Source of the DNA: Neocallimastix sp. 'constans'
Taxonomy: Eukaryota
Assembly (NCBI GenBank): GCA_050613775.1
Contig: JBODTK010000103.1
Coordinates: 434,001-498,000 of the forward strand
Direction: 5' to 3'
DNA length: 64,000 nucleotides
The translations under genes were made by a program, and so were the position numbers. The number at the start of each line of letters is the position of its first letter. Position 1 is the stretch's first letter. Shown here in pieces: positions 33,534 to 47,702 of the stretch. The notes under the pieces were generated by a model. That model was not told where the DNA came from and searched no databases. It saw only the letters and a program-made list of their open reading frames with translations.

Positions 33534-34177
33534 TAATAATAATAATAATGATGATGATGATTATAATATAATAATGATTATTAAGAGTTTTTATATATTT
33601 CTTTTTTTTCATGTTGTTTATTTTTGTTTCATAATTTTATATTTGTTTATTTGATTATTTTATTTTTTATTTAAACTCTATTATTGAAAATAAAAAAAAA
33701 AAAAAAGAAAATAAAAAAATAATAATAATAATAAATATATACCTACCTAAGAAATGAGCATTAGTATCAGCAATTCTACCTGATAATATTTCATCACCAA
33801 TTATACAAGCAGCCACTGTTCTTGGTGGTTTTGAAGCAAATTTACGAACATTTAATAAAAGTTGGGTTCTCATTCCCTAATATATATATATAGTGAGTTG
33901 ACATATGTAATATATTTATAAATTAAAAATAAAAAATAAAGAAATAAATACTAATAAAGCAATATAACAATATAATGACATTCATAAATGTATATATATA
34001 TATATATTAAACAATATATACTATTGTATGATATTATATATATCAATGTATACTATTATAGAGTAATAATAATATATAATATATTTAATTGAATTTTATA
34101 ATAAAAAAAAAAACACTAACCTGTAAAGAATGAGTTAAAGTCTTTTTTGTTAATAGTTGAATGGCTTGTGAAGACAT
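32006..34177 (-). CDS. Molybdopterin-binding-domain (MoCF_biosynth/CinA-N) protein, FAD pyrophosphatase-like (yeast Fpy1 / FLAD1 N-terminal domain type); 6 exons, 340 aa
   Basis: Exons (minus): 34177-34121, 33876-33747, 33499-33367, 33074-33046, 32884-32583, 32377-32006 (1023 nt in frame). Motifs IIGDEILSGRIADTN, VVPDD, FTSGGIGPTHDDITYEAIA, RMATLP, ILPGVPRLF, IGSYPKW. Confidence 0.88.
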
Positions 34178-35706
34178 TTCAATATTATTATTTTAATAAA
34201 AAGAAATTATTTAATTATTGATATTATTATGTAATAAAAAGACGATAAATGATTTTTAAATTTAAGATTAAATATTTTTTTTTATATTCTTCTTTCTTTC
34301 TTAATTCTTGGTTTAAAGTTTATTTAAAATGTTTTTAATAAAATTAATGTTAAAAAAGAAAAAAAAAATTTCATTAAATAAAATATTTTAAATAATAAAA
34401 AAAGGATAATAATAATAATAAATAATAAAATAAGATTAAACGAAAATAACAATAGATTAAATTAAATTGATATATTATAATCTAAATATATTATTATTCA
34501 TTTTTTAATATAAAATTATTTTCGTTCTATAAATTAACTTTGATTTAATTAATAAAAATAATAATTACAAAAGTTTAGGAAATTAAAATTATAAAAATTT
34601 TATTATTTTATTTCTCCATTAAATTTATTTATTTATTTATTATTTATTTATTATTTATTTATTATTTATTTATTATTTATTTATTTTTTATTAATTCACT
34701 TGATACATTTTTAAATTTATATAGAATACATTTGTATCTTTAAAAAAAAAAATATATGAATAGATATATATATATAATATATATATATATAATATTACCA
34801 CAATTATAGTTACTTTTTAATATTTAATTATTATTTATTATTTATTATGTATTATGTATTATTTATTTATTTTTATTATTATTTACTATTTACTATTTAC
34901 TATTTATTATTATTTATTATTTATTATTTATTCAATTAAACTAATTATGGCAAATATATTTAAAAAAAAAAAATTAAATACAGATTATATTTGTTGTTAC
35001 CATAAAAATTCAAAATATATGTATTAATATATAATATAAATCATAATACCATAAATTATGGCTACTTTTTTAGTGTTCCAAATCAATTATATTTATATAA
35101 TATTTCCTAAACATTTTGAACTATTATATATATTTTTTTGTTTTTATTTTTTTTTATACAAGAGAATGTACTAAATACTAGTAGGTTTTAAATTTAATAT
35201 ATAAAAAGAAAAAAAAAAAAGAAGAAAATAAAAAAAAATGAATTAAAAAGTAATAAAAAATAAGCCTGTTATTTATGAATTTAATCTACATTTATAAAAC
35301 TAATTAACCAGTTTTATTATAATTAATATCATAATTATTATTAATATCTAATACTAATAATAATAATAATCATGATAATATTAATAATAATATTATTATT
35401 AATATCTTATATTATTATATCTTATAATAATATCTTATATAATAATAATACTATTATTATGTCTTATAATAAGTTTTACTCTTTACATATTTGAAAGTGT
35501 CGCGTGATCATAATATTAATATATGTATGTTTTAGCTAAAATATTGATATAAATAGCACAGTTTTTACATTTATTAATTATTCAATTAAATAGTTATTAA
35601 ATTATTTAATTAAATTTGTATAATATCACATGATTTTTATACGATTTAATAACCAGTTAAACTATTTTTTTTTTTTAAATTTAAGAAAAACTCCTTCAAC
35701 GATTTT

Positions 35707-35763
<57 letters not shown>

Positions 35764-35799
35764 TTTATGAAATGATTTTAAATGCTGGTTTTAATATAG

Positions 35800-36530
35800 G
35801 AACTCCATGTACACTTGGACGTATAAGTATTCTTGGAGATATCGGAAAAATAGTTATACCCTCAACCCTGAACTTCTTTGGATTGGTACAACGAATCTGT
35901 CCCATTTTTTGATCTTATATATGAAGGAAAAAGTAGTGAAGGTATTAATGTATGTATTCCTAATGATATTATTACCACTCGTAAACATATAGGTTTTGTA
36001 GCAGATAATGGCACTTCAATCATTGCCGCTTCGCCTATAACTGGTAATATAAAGTTATTCACAATGATTGGAGATTTAGAGTAGATGATACAATACCTGT
36101 TAAAATTTTTTGATTGAATCCTGATATTACATCAGATACTAATCCAAACACTATCAGTATTACCAATTATATAAATAAAGATAATAATAGAACTACTGAA
36201 TGTAATAAATGCTAATGCAATTATGACTATACATATACTGACATTGAAACTGGTACAGAATTCGCTGATGATGATTATGCTAATAAAACTACAGATTATA
36301 TTTTGTATGATGAACTACCTATTCAAGAATAAAATGAAACTACAACTACTAAGAAATCAAAAACTTCAAAAACTAGTTCAACTAAGAAAACAACTACTAT
36401 GAAAACGACAACTTCTACTATTTATATATTTATGAAACCGATACTGATGAACCCTCTGATACAATGATTTATGATGATCAACATTATGATAACAATGAAG
36501 AAGATGGCGATGATGAACAAAAGTAACGAT
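35800..36530 (+). pseudogene. Disrupted gene resembling the C-terminal half of a papain-like NlpC/P60-CHAP-type domain, followed by Thr/Lys-rich linker and acidic tail
   Basis: Stitched frames read P*TSLDWYNESVP...CIPNDIITTRKHIGFVADNGTSIIAASP..KVIHNDWRFR...VKIF*, then ETTTTKKSKTSKTSSTKKTTT. Multiple stops and frameshifts; no upstream catalytic-Cys segment visible. Family call is from motif recall only. Confidence 0.5.
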
Positions 36531-37670
36531 AAAAAATTTTTTGGTTATTTAGTTGATTAGGAAGTCTTCTGGAGCGTTTTTGCTTATATATTTTGTTGCT
36601 GTTATCGTCATTAACAACACTATATAATTAACTATATTTTATAATTAACGATATTATTATAATTAAAATTAGTCAACAATATTATATTACAATAGCAATA
36701 ATTTATTTAATTTATCAACTTGCATATATATTTAACAATATATCAACTAATGAAAAATAGGCATTAATACGCTTATTATATGAATATACAATAATTAAGA
36801 TAAAATTTAAATTAACATGATACACATATGAGTAAATTTATATATCCTCTACTTTTAATGAAACACTCGAAATTAATTTAATTAATTTTGTTCAATTATC
36901 CTTCCCCACTTATACATCAGAATTCATATTATACATGCACATTAATTTTATGCATTCATGAATATTGGTTAATGATATACCATAAAGCATATATATGAAG
37001 TACACAAATATAAGATTCATATTTATAATTCAAAAGCGTACATATATATTTATTAAAAATTTATTCGAATATATTCAATAATAGCTCTGCTCATCTCCAA
37101 AGCTGATATTCGAAAGTGGAAGTCATATTTATTATAGAAATGCTTAGCGTTAAATGAACATATTCTACAATATTATTTTTCTAATTGAATACCTAATGTG
37201 AAATGGGTATATTCAATAATATTTTATACCATAGTATAACTTAGCGTGAAATGAATTTTTACCATAGATACTACTAATTTTAAGCGATGTTGTAATACCT
37301 TCATATTATACATTATATCCTTACTTATCTACACTATCTTTTAACAACTTTAATGTAATGTATTACGTAACAAATAAATATCATAATAATAAAAAGGGGT
37401 GTTGTATTTTCTATATTTTTCCACTAAATCTTTGTTAAACATCTTAATTTATTTATTTATTAATTACATGAATATCTTTTTCTTATTTAAAAAAAAAAAA
37501 AAAAAATCAAAAAAAATCAAAAAATCAAAAATAAATAAATAAATAAATATTATTTGTCCAATTTGAACATAAGTTCATAGGCAACGAACCTCACTACCAA
37601 GAATATATAAGATCTTTGTTTTTTAAAAAAGGAATTCTTATTCTGGATTAGGACTTGAATTAACAATCTG

Positions 37671-38019
37671 AAAAAAAAAAAAAAAAAAAAAAATTATAGT
37701 CTTCTCCTTTAGAGGCATTAGCCCCTGCTAGTGCTAGCTTACCTTAACTGCATTTTCTGCGTTGATGCTCCTGGTTAGTTTGCGTATATATATATTACTA
37801 TTATTATCTACTATATTTTATACTTTGCTACTACTATCAGAATCTATAATTGATTCTACATTAATTCATATCGGTGACAACAGTGTCTACATTATTTAAT
37901 ATTGATTGATATTTGATAATTAAAAAGAATTTCAATATCCTTAAAACATTTCATTCGAAATTCATGGAAAAGAAAGCGTTTAGAAAACCATTGTTCCATT
38001 CGAGGATTACTATATTCTC

Positions 38020-38020
<1 letters not shown>
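37671..38020 (-). mobile_element. Degenerate LINE 3' end (remnant of knuckle region, 3' UTR hairpin, poly(T) tail)
   Basis: The minus strand encodes EYSNPRMEQWFSKRFLFHEFRMKCFKDIEILF, similar to NQSFEHWIFKC..FR in the 1250-1725 fragment. It ends with the GC-rich hairpin AGGGGC-TAAT-GCCTCT, then AAGACTATAA and a run of about 22 T. Confidence 0.55.
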
Positions 38021-38068
<48 letters not shown>

Positions 38069-38200
38069 TAATAATAAAATAATAAAATAATAAAAAAATA
38101 ATAAAAAAATAAAATATAAAAAATTAAAAAATAAAAAAAATTTTTTTTTTTTTTAATTCATATTAATAATATAGTTTTTATTATATAAGATTTAAGAAAT

Positions 38201-38239
<39 letters not shown>

Positions 38240-38659
38240 ATTTTTTATATTAAATTCCAAAACTTAAGAATAATATAAAAAAAAAAGATTATAGAAAACA
38301 ATTTATTTTTGTTATATTTTCATATCATTTAAACCTCCCATAAATGATATGAAAAAAAAAAGAATAAAAATAAAATACTGAGTAATATATATATAACTAA
38401 AATAAAAATATAAAGTAATAATAAATATATATTAAATATATATTAAATAATATATATATATATTTACATAATATAAAATGATAATGAAAAAAAAAATGAA
38501 AAAATGAAAAAATGAAAAAAGATATAAACTTTAAATTTAAAAAAAAAAAAAAAAGTAAATGATGTTTTTTTTTTAAAAAAATTATTTGCATATTTTTATT
38601 TACAACATCATTTGCATTTTTTTTTTCCTCCCTTTTTTTTTCATTATTGTAATAATTTA

Positions 38660-38707
<48 letters not shown>

Positions 38708-39199
38708 TATTTTAATAATATTTACTATTAATTATTTAATTTGAAAAAAATAAAATAAAATAAAATTAAATAAAAATAAAAATAAAACAATAATTAAAAT
38801 AATAATTTTATTAATTATAAATAAAAAATATAATAAAAAATAAAAAAATTAAAAATAAAAAAATTTTTTTCTTTTTTCTATTATTATTATTATTATTACT
38901 TATATTTAACTTTTTTTTTATGGGATATTATAGATAAAAAATTTGATTATTTTTTTTTTCTTTTTCTCTTTTTTTATAATAATAAAAAAAAAAAGTGTTA
39001 ACAAGGAGCATAAAAAGTAAAAAAGGGTTAACAAAATATAAAAAATAGTTTCATTTATAAAATAAATGATAATAATAATAATAATTTACAAAACTATTTT
39101 TTAATTTTAAACTTTTTTTTTCACATCCTCCTTTTTTAATATTTTTCTTTTTTAAAAAAATAAAAATGTTGAAAAAATTTTTTTTGTTTTTAACGCTCC

Positions 39200-42100
39200 T
39201 TATTTTTCTTTTTTAGTTTCATTTTTTATAAAATATTGTTTTCTATTTTCTTCCATGGTATGGTATAAATCCTTTTTATCTTGAATACATTTATCTAAAA
39301 TAAATATAAGAGATTTCATTTTATCATTAAACATTAATTGATAATCCTTTGGAATACCATTAATAAATATTCTTTTTGATGCAAAGGGCGCCTTGACATA
39401 TTCATCTATTAAAACAGAGGAAATTTCACCTTGATTTTTTCTACCGCTCTTAAAACCTTTGCTATTATCACCATCTTTTTCACCAGATGTAGGTAATATG
39501 ATTTTAGATTTTTTAGTTACGATTTCTTTTTCTTCTTTCCCATCTATTTTCATTTCATTTCCCTTATTATCTTCATTACTGACACCATTGCCATTATCAC
39601 TGATTTGAATTAATTTATTATTATCAAAATGAATAATTGGTTTAATCAACTCTGAGGGAACAAGATCTAAAGAATCCACAATATCATATTTCTCCAATAA
39701 TAATTTCTTTTCTTCTAATAATTTTTCATGATATTCTTTGATCATACTAGGATTATTTAATAATTCTTTATTAGCCACTTCTATGGTTCTACCAATAACT
39801 TCTAAATGTGGATCTTTATCAATTTCAGCCTTTACCGCAATTAAGGTTGTTGTTGTAGTTTTTCCAGTACCTTGTTCTGAAGTTTCACCATTAGATTCAT
39901 CATTTTCTGGTTTATCAAATGATGCTGAAGTAGGCATTGTCGAATTTGTTGTATTAGCTGTTATGGTATTACATGAAGTTTCTGATGTGATGGTGGTCGT
40001 CGTCGTCTTCGTCGTTTTAGTTGTATTCATAGAGTTAGAAATAGCCGTAGTAGCATATTGTAAATTTTGTGGTATATCAATATAATAACTTAAGGATTCA
40101 ATTTGTTGTTTCTGTTGCATTAAATAACGTTTTATCCAGTATTCAATCCAATCTTTTCTGTATTCATTTACTCTACGAGAATAAAATTCAATTCTAGCAT
40201 TAAGCCACTGATGCGCTTCATCCTCATAGGTTAAAATTTCTTTACGCCATTCTTTCCATTTCTTTTCACTACTTTCTAATTGATCTGATTTTGAACTTAA
40301 ATCTTCTACTTCTTTAGACATTTTCTTTATTAATTTACCGGTCTCTTGAAGGGTACAGCCAATAAAACAAGACTCATTAGATTTAATATCCTTTAATTGA
40401 TCATCATTAGCCATACGATCAATAATTTCATCAATGATACTCTCAGAAAGTTCATCATTTTTCTTCTCTGATGAAGCAACTACAATACCTCTCGCTTTAA
40501 CCTCAGCATCAATATTCATATTACTATCAACATTTTTAGTATTAACATTGGCATTTATATTGTTAATGGTTATTTTATCACTTTCTTGATGATTATTATT
40601 CATATCGGTATCATCTATCATTTTAGTGTTTTCTTCAATTGAAAATGATGCTATTTCCGTACCTAAAAATGGAGTGTATTGATTATCATCATTCAAAATT
40701 TCTTTAGAATAATCTGGTATGAATGAATTTGTATTTGGAACTAAAGGTTTAATTAGTAGTGGACTATCACTACTACTATCATTACTATTGTTACTATTAA
40801 TGTTTATATTAATAGTATTATTAAGATTATTATTCAAAGATAATCCATTATTATTGTTCAAAAGATCAATTTCATTTTGATTATACCAATCCGGAATGAT
40901 TCTCATGTTAGTTTCTGTCGCAGTCGTTGCCAATGGTATATCCATGGAATTACATCCTTGAATAAATTCATCTTTAACCTTTGGATTAATATCACAGATA
41001 GTATTAATATCAGCTCGATCAAGAGGAATCTTCATAGCATTATATGGAAGATCTTTCATTAATTTAGACTCTGGTGAAGGTAAAAAGCCATCTTTAGGTT
41101 TAATTTCATCCGATAAAATATTATTGGTATAATCCAATGTATTCGGAAGAAGATAAGGAGAATTCATAAAGTTTAATTCCGAATTATAGCAATCAATGGT
41201 CATATTTGGACTAATATCAACACAATCATTTTGTAATAAATCATTATTAGTAATATGAATATTAGCGTTATCACTATTTAATAAGGAATGATCAACATTC
41301 ATAAAATGATTATCATTGGTGGGAGTGGTATTATTAAAAATATCAGCAAAGAAACCTTCATTAACATTCGATAAGGAAGGATTTATATCTTGGTGTAAAT
41401 TGGTTAAATCGGTTGGTTGATTTCCAAATATATCAAGGGTCATTGAATCAAAATCTTCCTTTTTCACCTTACTCATATCAAATCCATCATTAAAATCAAA
41501 TCTTGATTTTGATTCTATTTTGGCTTTCATATCCAACTCTCCCATCTTTACATTTTTTAATTTATTAATTTGTAAAACATTTGTACTAAATTTTGCTATT
41601 TCTCCTAAACTTTCATAATTGCCATGTTCACGTGGTGGACTTGGAAATTCCTTCTTAAATATTTCATTACTAGTAATACTATTTGACAATTCCTTTTTTA
41701 ATATTTCATCATTAATGAATTTATTATTACTATTATTATTAATCATATCGATATCACTTAATCCTATTTCTTGTGAAAAATTTAATTTTGGCAAGTCCAT
41801 CTCTTCAAAGTTAAAACAATTAAAAGAATCAAATCCATTTTTTCTAGTTAAACCTTCCTGTTCCACTTTAACCTTTGAAGAATCTACTGGTACCTTAAAT
41901 GGGGCCAATATTTCATCCAATGAGCCAGCACGTTGTGGTTTTGGAACTCCCATAAATGATTTTGGATAGATATCCCCTAAAAATGAAACACTTTCCAATT
42001 TTCGATTTAAACCATTACTATTTAAGAAATTTTTATCATTTTCATTCATAGCTAATAAATTAGAAAGGAATTCATCCTCTTCATTAACTTTTCCCATTTT

Positions 42101-43821
42101 TGATTGATCTTCATACAAAATATCATTAGGAATTAATTTGGTATAATCTATAGTTTCATTTAAAAGTATTTCTTCCTTCTTGTTTTTACTAAAACCTAAA
42201 GAATCATTTAAAAAATCAATATTTGGTATAATCACACCTTTATTTGTGATAAAACTACTGACACCAATCGGCTTAGCGGATATAATTGAATCTAAAGGTT
42301 TCACAGAATTGATTAATGTACCAAAATTATTAAATAAATTTTTATTCATTGGGATGCTATCATTGATTTTATTCTGCTTTTTTAATTTTTGATGCATCAC
42401 CTGTGATTTATTCCTATTAATCTTCTTTTTTACTTTATGTAAGGATTCGTTATTGTCTATTTAATAGTAATTAAATATATAAATATAATAATAATATTAT
42501 TATTATTAGAAAAAATAATTATTTAACTTCTAAAAAAATTCTAAAAAATACTAGGCAATAAAAAAAATTTTATTTAATAGTAATTTTATTTTGACATTTT
42601 GGCATTTTATATTATATATATATTTACTTTTTTATAAAAATATATTTTTTACTGCATAATATATCTATATATATAATCCTTTTATTGTTTTTATTCTCTA
42701 TTTTTTTTATCCTATCCTTTTATTTTATTTTATTTTATTTCTATCCTTTTTAATTTTTTTTCATATGTTTTTACCTTTATTAGTTTTATCTAAACCATTT
42801 TCATCAATAAATCTAGTTTTCACAAGAGGATTTGTAGAAAAGGTTGAGATAAGTGGTATAAAATTCCTTTTAATGGATTCTTCATAAGTATCGCCCATAC
42901 TATCAAATTTATTTTGATCATTCACTTTACTTGATAATTTCTTCTCTGAAAGTTGACTTGATGGAGGTAGTGGTGTTACTGATGTAGAATCATTTAACTT
43001 CGTTGATGGTATTATTTTTGATTTTTCAATTTTTGATTTAATATCTTGATATCTATTTTGGTTTTCTTTTGCTATTCTTTTTTTACATTTTTTAAATTCT
43101 TCTATAATATTTACAGATTTTGGTTCCTTAAAAGGAGCAACTAAATAAAAAATATCATCTTTTGATGCTGGTTCTCTATTTGGTAAATTTGAAGTTGAAA
43201 ATAAAGTATGAGATTGAATTTTATTAGTATTTTTCCATACAACACCAATATTATCATTTCCTTTAGTTAGTATGGATGGAAGTTTATTTATATTAACCAA
43301 TGGATATTCCTTTCTTACTACTCTTTTAGTTCTTTCTCTACCCGATTCATAAATAGCTATAATAATAAAAAAAATTATAAGATTTATATATATATATTTT
43401 CAATTAATTAAATATTTATTTTTATTATTATTATTATTATTTTATTTATTTATCTATTTATTCATTCATTAAATATATATATTAATTATTAAGATAGATA
43501 CACAATGCTGGATTTGTTCTTAATTGTGCTTTTCTTTTTCTTTCTTTAATAAGTCTAAGGGTCTTTGACTCCTTAGTTTGAACTTGTTTTCTATTTTACA
43601 AAAAAAAAATAGTTTACATATATATAAAAAAAATTATTTAGGATTTCTTTTTTCTTTTTTCTTTTTTCTTTTTTCTTTTTTCTTTTTTTTTTTTTTTTGC
43701 ATTATTTAAATAATAATTTAATATAAAAAATAAAATTTTATTTACTAAAAAAATACTATTTAGTTAAACCATCTTTTTAAATATACCTTTTATCTTTTTT
43801 ATCTTTTTGATTTACTACCAT
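39200..43821 (-). CDS. Uncharacterised 1320-aa protein: basic N-terminus, long Asn/Asp/Ser-rich low-complexity middle, helical/coiled-coil C-terminal part; 4 exons
   Basis: Exons (minus): 43821-43787, 43590-43502, 43356-42775, 42456-39200. GT-AG junctions join the ORF-track 179-aa and 1066-aa ORFs in frame (3963 nt). No family recognised. Confidence 0.8.
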
Positions 43822-45667
43822 CTTCGTTTATATATATTTTTTATTATTGATTTTATTTATTTAAACTTATCAAGGATATTATAAATATTTATATATATCA
43901 ATATATATTTAAATTTATTATTATTTTAAATTTTGTTTCCTTATTTAGATATATACTATATTATATATTACAAAAAAATGATAATTGTTTGTCAGATTGC
44001 CAAATTTCATAACATTATATATGACTTTTTCACTTTTTTTCTTTTTAAATATATAAAAAAAAAAATTTGTTTTATATTATATTTATAAATATTTCTGTTT
44101 TAAACTAATTTGAAAATAAAATATTTCTTTTCTTGTCTTTTTTTTTCTTTTTGGTTTTCTTATAGCAAAAAAAAAAAGTTTTGCCAATATACTATTATAT
44201 CATATTAATTTGTAATTTTTTTTTTTTTTTTTTGTGAATAATTTCAATTTTAACTATAATATATTAAATTAATAGACGTTTTTTATTTATTTGTAAAAAA
44301 AAATAATAATAATAATAAATAACTATTTAAAAAATTCTTTTTAAAAGATTTTTTTCTATTAATACAATTAAAATATAATATTTAATAATATATATTAGTA
44401 TATATTAATTTATTAAGTGATTACTCTCAATAAAATAAGATAAATTTTTTATAATTAATATAAAATGAAGTAAAAAGAAAAAAAAATAAAATAAAATAAT
44501 GGAAAAGATTAATGCTTAAATACTTTTTATTTTTTCAAATTTTTAAGATAAAAAAAAAAATTAAATAAATTAAAAAAAAAATTAAAAATAATCGTAATAT
44601 ATTTTATTGATTTAAATGTTAAAAAATTTTAATTTATAATATATAGGACTAATATATTAGAAAACTTTTGACATTTAAAATGAGATATTGTATATTAGAT
44701 TACACAGATAATATATAAATTTTATTCATTTCTATTGAATATATTCTAATTAGAAAACACTAAATCATATATTACAGTTATATCCAACTTTATAAAATAT
44801 AAAAATTATGCATTTATTAATCATATTGCTACTATATATTATGAATATATTGTAAATGTAAAATTATATTTTAAATACAATTTATTATATACAAAATCTA
44901 AAATTAGCAATAATTTTAATTCCAACATATATCATAAGATATATATGGATAATATATAGATATATATTGAATTAATATATTTAATATATTATAAATTATA
45001 AAGTATATTAAAAAATTTTAATTGAATTTTTTTATTATAATAAAATCTTTAAAATAAAAAAAAGAAAAAAAAATAAACCTGAATATATTTTTAATTTATT
45101 TATTTTTATTTATTTTATTTATTTATATTATGTATTTTATATTAATTATACTATTGAATTTATTAGTAATATATTAATAATATATTGTTAAATTTATATA
45201 GCTAAAATTCCTACAAATCTTATATTAAATTATTTTAATGTAATTAAAAGGAAGTAAAAATTTAAATATAAATATATAAACAGTAAATAAATAGTATATC
45301 TGTAATATATATAATAAATATACAATATTTAAATAATATATAAATTATTTAAATTTTAAAATAAAAATAATATACATAAAATACATTAAATTACTTAAAA
45401 ATATATAAATTATATATAATAGAATAAAATAATAAAATAGAATTTATTAAAATATAACTTTAATAAATGTAAACATAGTTGAAATATTATCAAAGAATGA
45501 AAAAAAAAAAAAAGCTTTCTTTCTTTCAACCTTCTCTCAACTTCTTTCATCTTATAAAGTTTACTTTAAAATCATATAAATTGCTAATTATGAACAAAAG
45601 TTCGTTGAAATTACTTTAATTATTAGTAAATTATGCTTTATTTTTTAACTATATTTGATGATGGGTC

Positions 45668-45713
<46 letters not shown>

Positions 45714-45956
45714 AAAATTAAGGGATTAAAATAAAAAAATATTTAATTTTTATTTCGTTTTATTCTGCAAAACCTTTTAAAAAAAAAAACCCTTTTTATT
45801 TCATTTAATATTTAATATCATGAATAAATTAAATAAATTATAAATAAATAAATATAATTTAATAAATTAGAAATTAAAAAATTAAAAATAAAAATAAAAA
45901 TAAAAATTATATTTCTTAATCTTTATTATTTTTATTTAAAGTTTTACTATAGAAAA

Positions 45957-45989
<33 letters not shown>

Positions 45990-46191
45990 ATATATATAAT
46001 TTAAAATTTATTATAATTATTTAAATTTTAAATTATTTATCTATTAAATAATAAATAAAAATAATAAAAAATTAAAATAAATAATAAAATTATTTTTGAA
46101 TGATGGGAATGATGAATTGAATTATATATATATATTTATATAAAAAAGGGTTCAATAAAAAGATATCCGATTTTTATTTCCTAAAAAAAAG

Positions 46192-46226
<35 letters not shown>

Positions 46227-46441
46227 AAACCAATAGTTAAATAAAGTTTTTTTTTTTTTTTGGCATAATGTTTTATTTTATTTTTATATTATATATTATA
46301 GCAATCATTATTATCACTTATTATTAGTTTTAATTATTATTTATATCCATATACGAAAGAATGAAAGAATAAAAGTGATTTAATAATTTATTTGATATAA
46401 CAGATATATTAACAATTTATATAGAATATATCGAAAATCTT

Positions 46442-46475
<34 letters not shown>

Positions 46476-46735
46476 CTTTAAATATTTGATTATTTTTCAT
46501 ATTAAAATAAAAAGTTTTTTTTTTTTTTTAGTAAAAAATATTAATAATAAAAATTTTAAATTATTTTATTCATAAAAATATGATTATATAAAAGTTTTTA
46601 TTCTTAACTATCCTTTTTTTTTTTTTTTTTTTTGAAAAGTATTTAGTTTTCTTATCCCTTTATTATGCATTTAAAAGTTATTGATATGCATATATATAGA
46701 TAGATTATTATATTATTAAAATTAAACCAAAAAAA

Positions 46736-46770
<35 letters not shown>

Positions 46771-47606
46771 CAAAAATTAAAAAGGAAAAGATATTTCATT
46801 AAAACATTTAAAAAAGGTTTTTAATCAGTTCCTTATTCCATTTAATTTCATCTGTTCTATCCTTATAGCCTTGTATATCACATTTTTAGATTAATTTTTA
46901 AAAAAAATCCTAATTCATATTACATAGATTCTAATTTAGGTTTAAATGAACAAAAAAAAAAATCGAATAAAATAAAATAAGAAAAAAAAAATTAATACGT
47001 CTTTCTCAATAAGAATTTTTAACTCTACTATAGCATAGAATTACTATATATATTATATTTGGAATAAATATATCAATTTTAAATAAAAATAAAATAAAAA
47101 GCGTATTATATATATATATTAATAAAAAGCATTAACCCATATAAAAGTGTGTTAATACTCATATATCCATCTTTAATATTTAAAAAAAAAATTAATTTTT
47201 TATTTATTTGATTACTATTTCATTCATTTACTTTTTTTCTTTAAATTTTGGAAAATTTATTTAATAATATGAAAAGGATATAAAAAATTATCCTCTTATA
47301 TTTAGTAACAATTTAAAAAATTAAAAAAAAAAAAAAAAAAAAAAAACTATATATAATTAAAAGTAAAATAAAAAAGTAATAGAAATGAAGATAAAAATAA
47401 AATATAAACCTTTCACATGTCTGATATTATATAATTTTAATTTCTTTTTTTTTTTTTTTAATGTTTTTTTTTTTATATTTCTGATAATAAAACAAAAAAT
47501 ACTATTTTTTATTTTATTTAAAATTTCTATTTTTTTTTTCTATATTTAATATTTTATATATAAGTTATACTTTTTATTTAATTTATATTTTATATATTGT
47601 AATTTA

Positions 47607-47702
47607 ATAGTTTATATAATTATATAGTTCCATATTTTATAGTTTATATAATTATATAGTTCCATATTTTATAGTTTATATAATTATATAGTTCTATATT
47701 TA
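47607..47702. repeat. Tandem repeat, 32-bp unit x3
   Basis: ATAGTTTATATAATTATATAGTTCCATATTTT starts at 47607, 47639 and 47671 (third copy slightly diverged). Confidence 0.85.

Noticed and set aside
36650..37400. Slightly GC-richer island next to the pseudogene
   Set aside because: No sustained reading frame, splice-consistent exons or recognisable RNA structure found on either strand.
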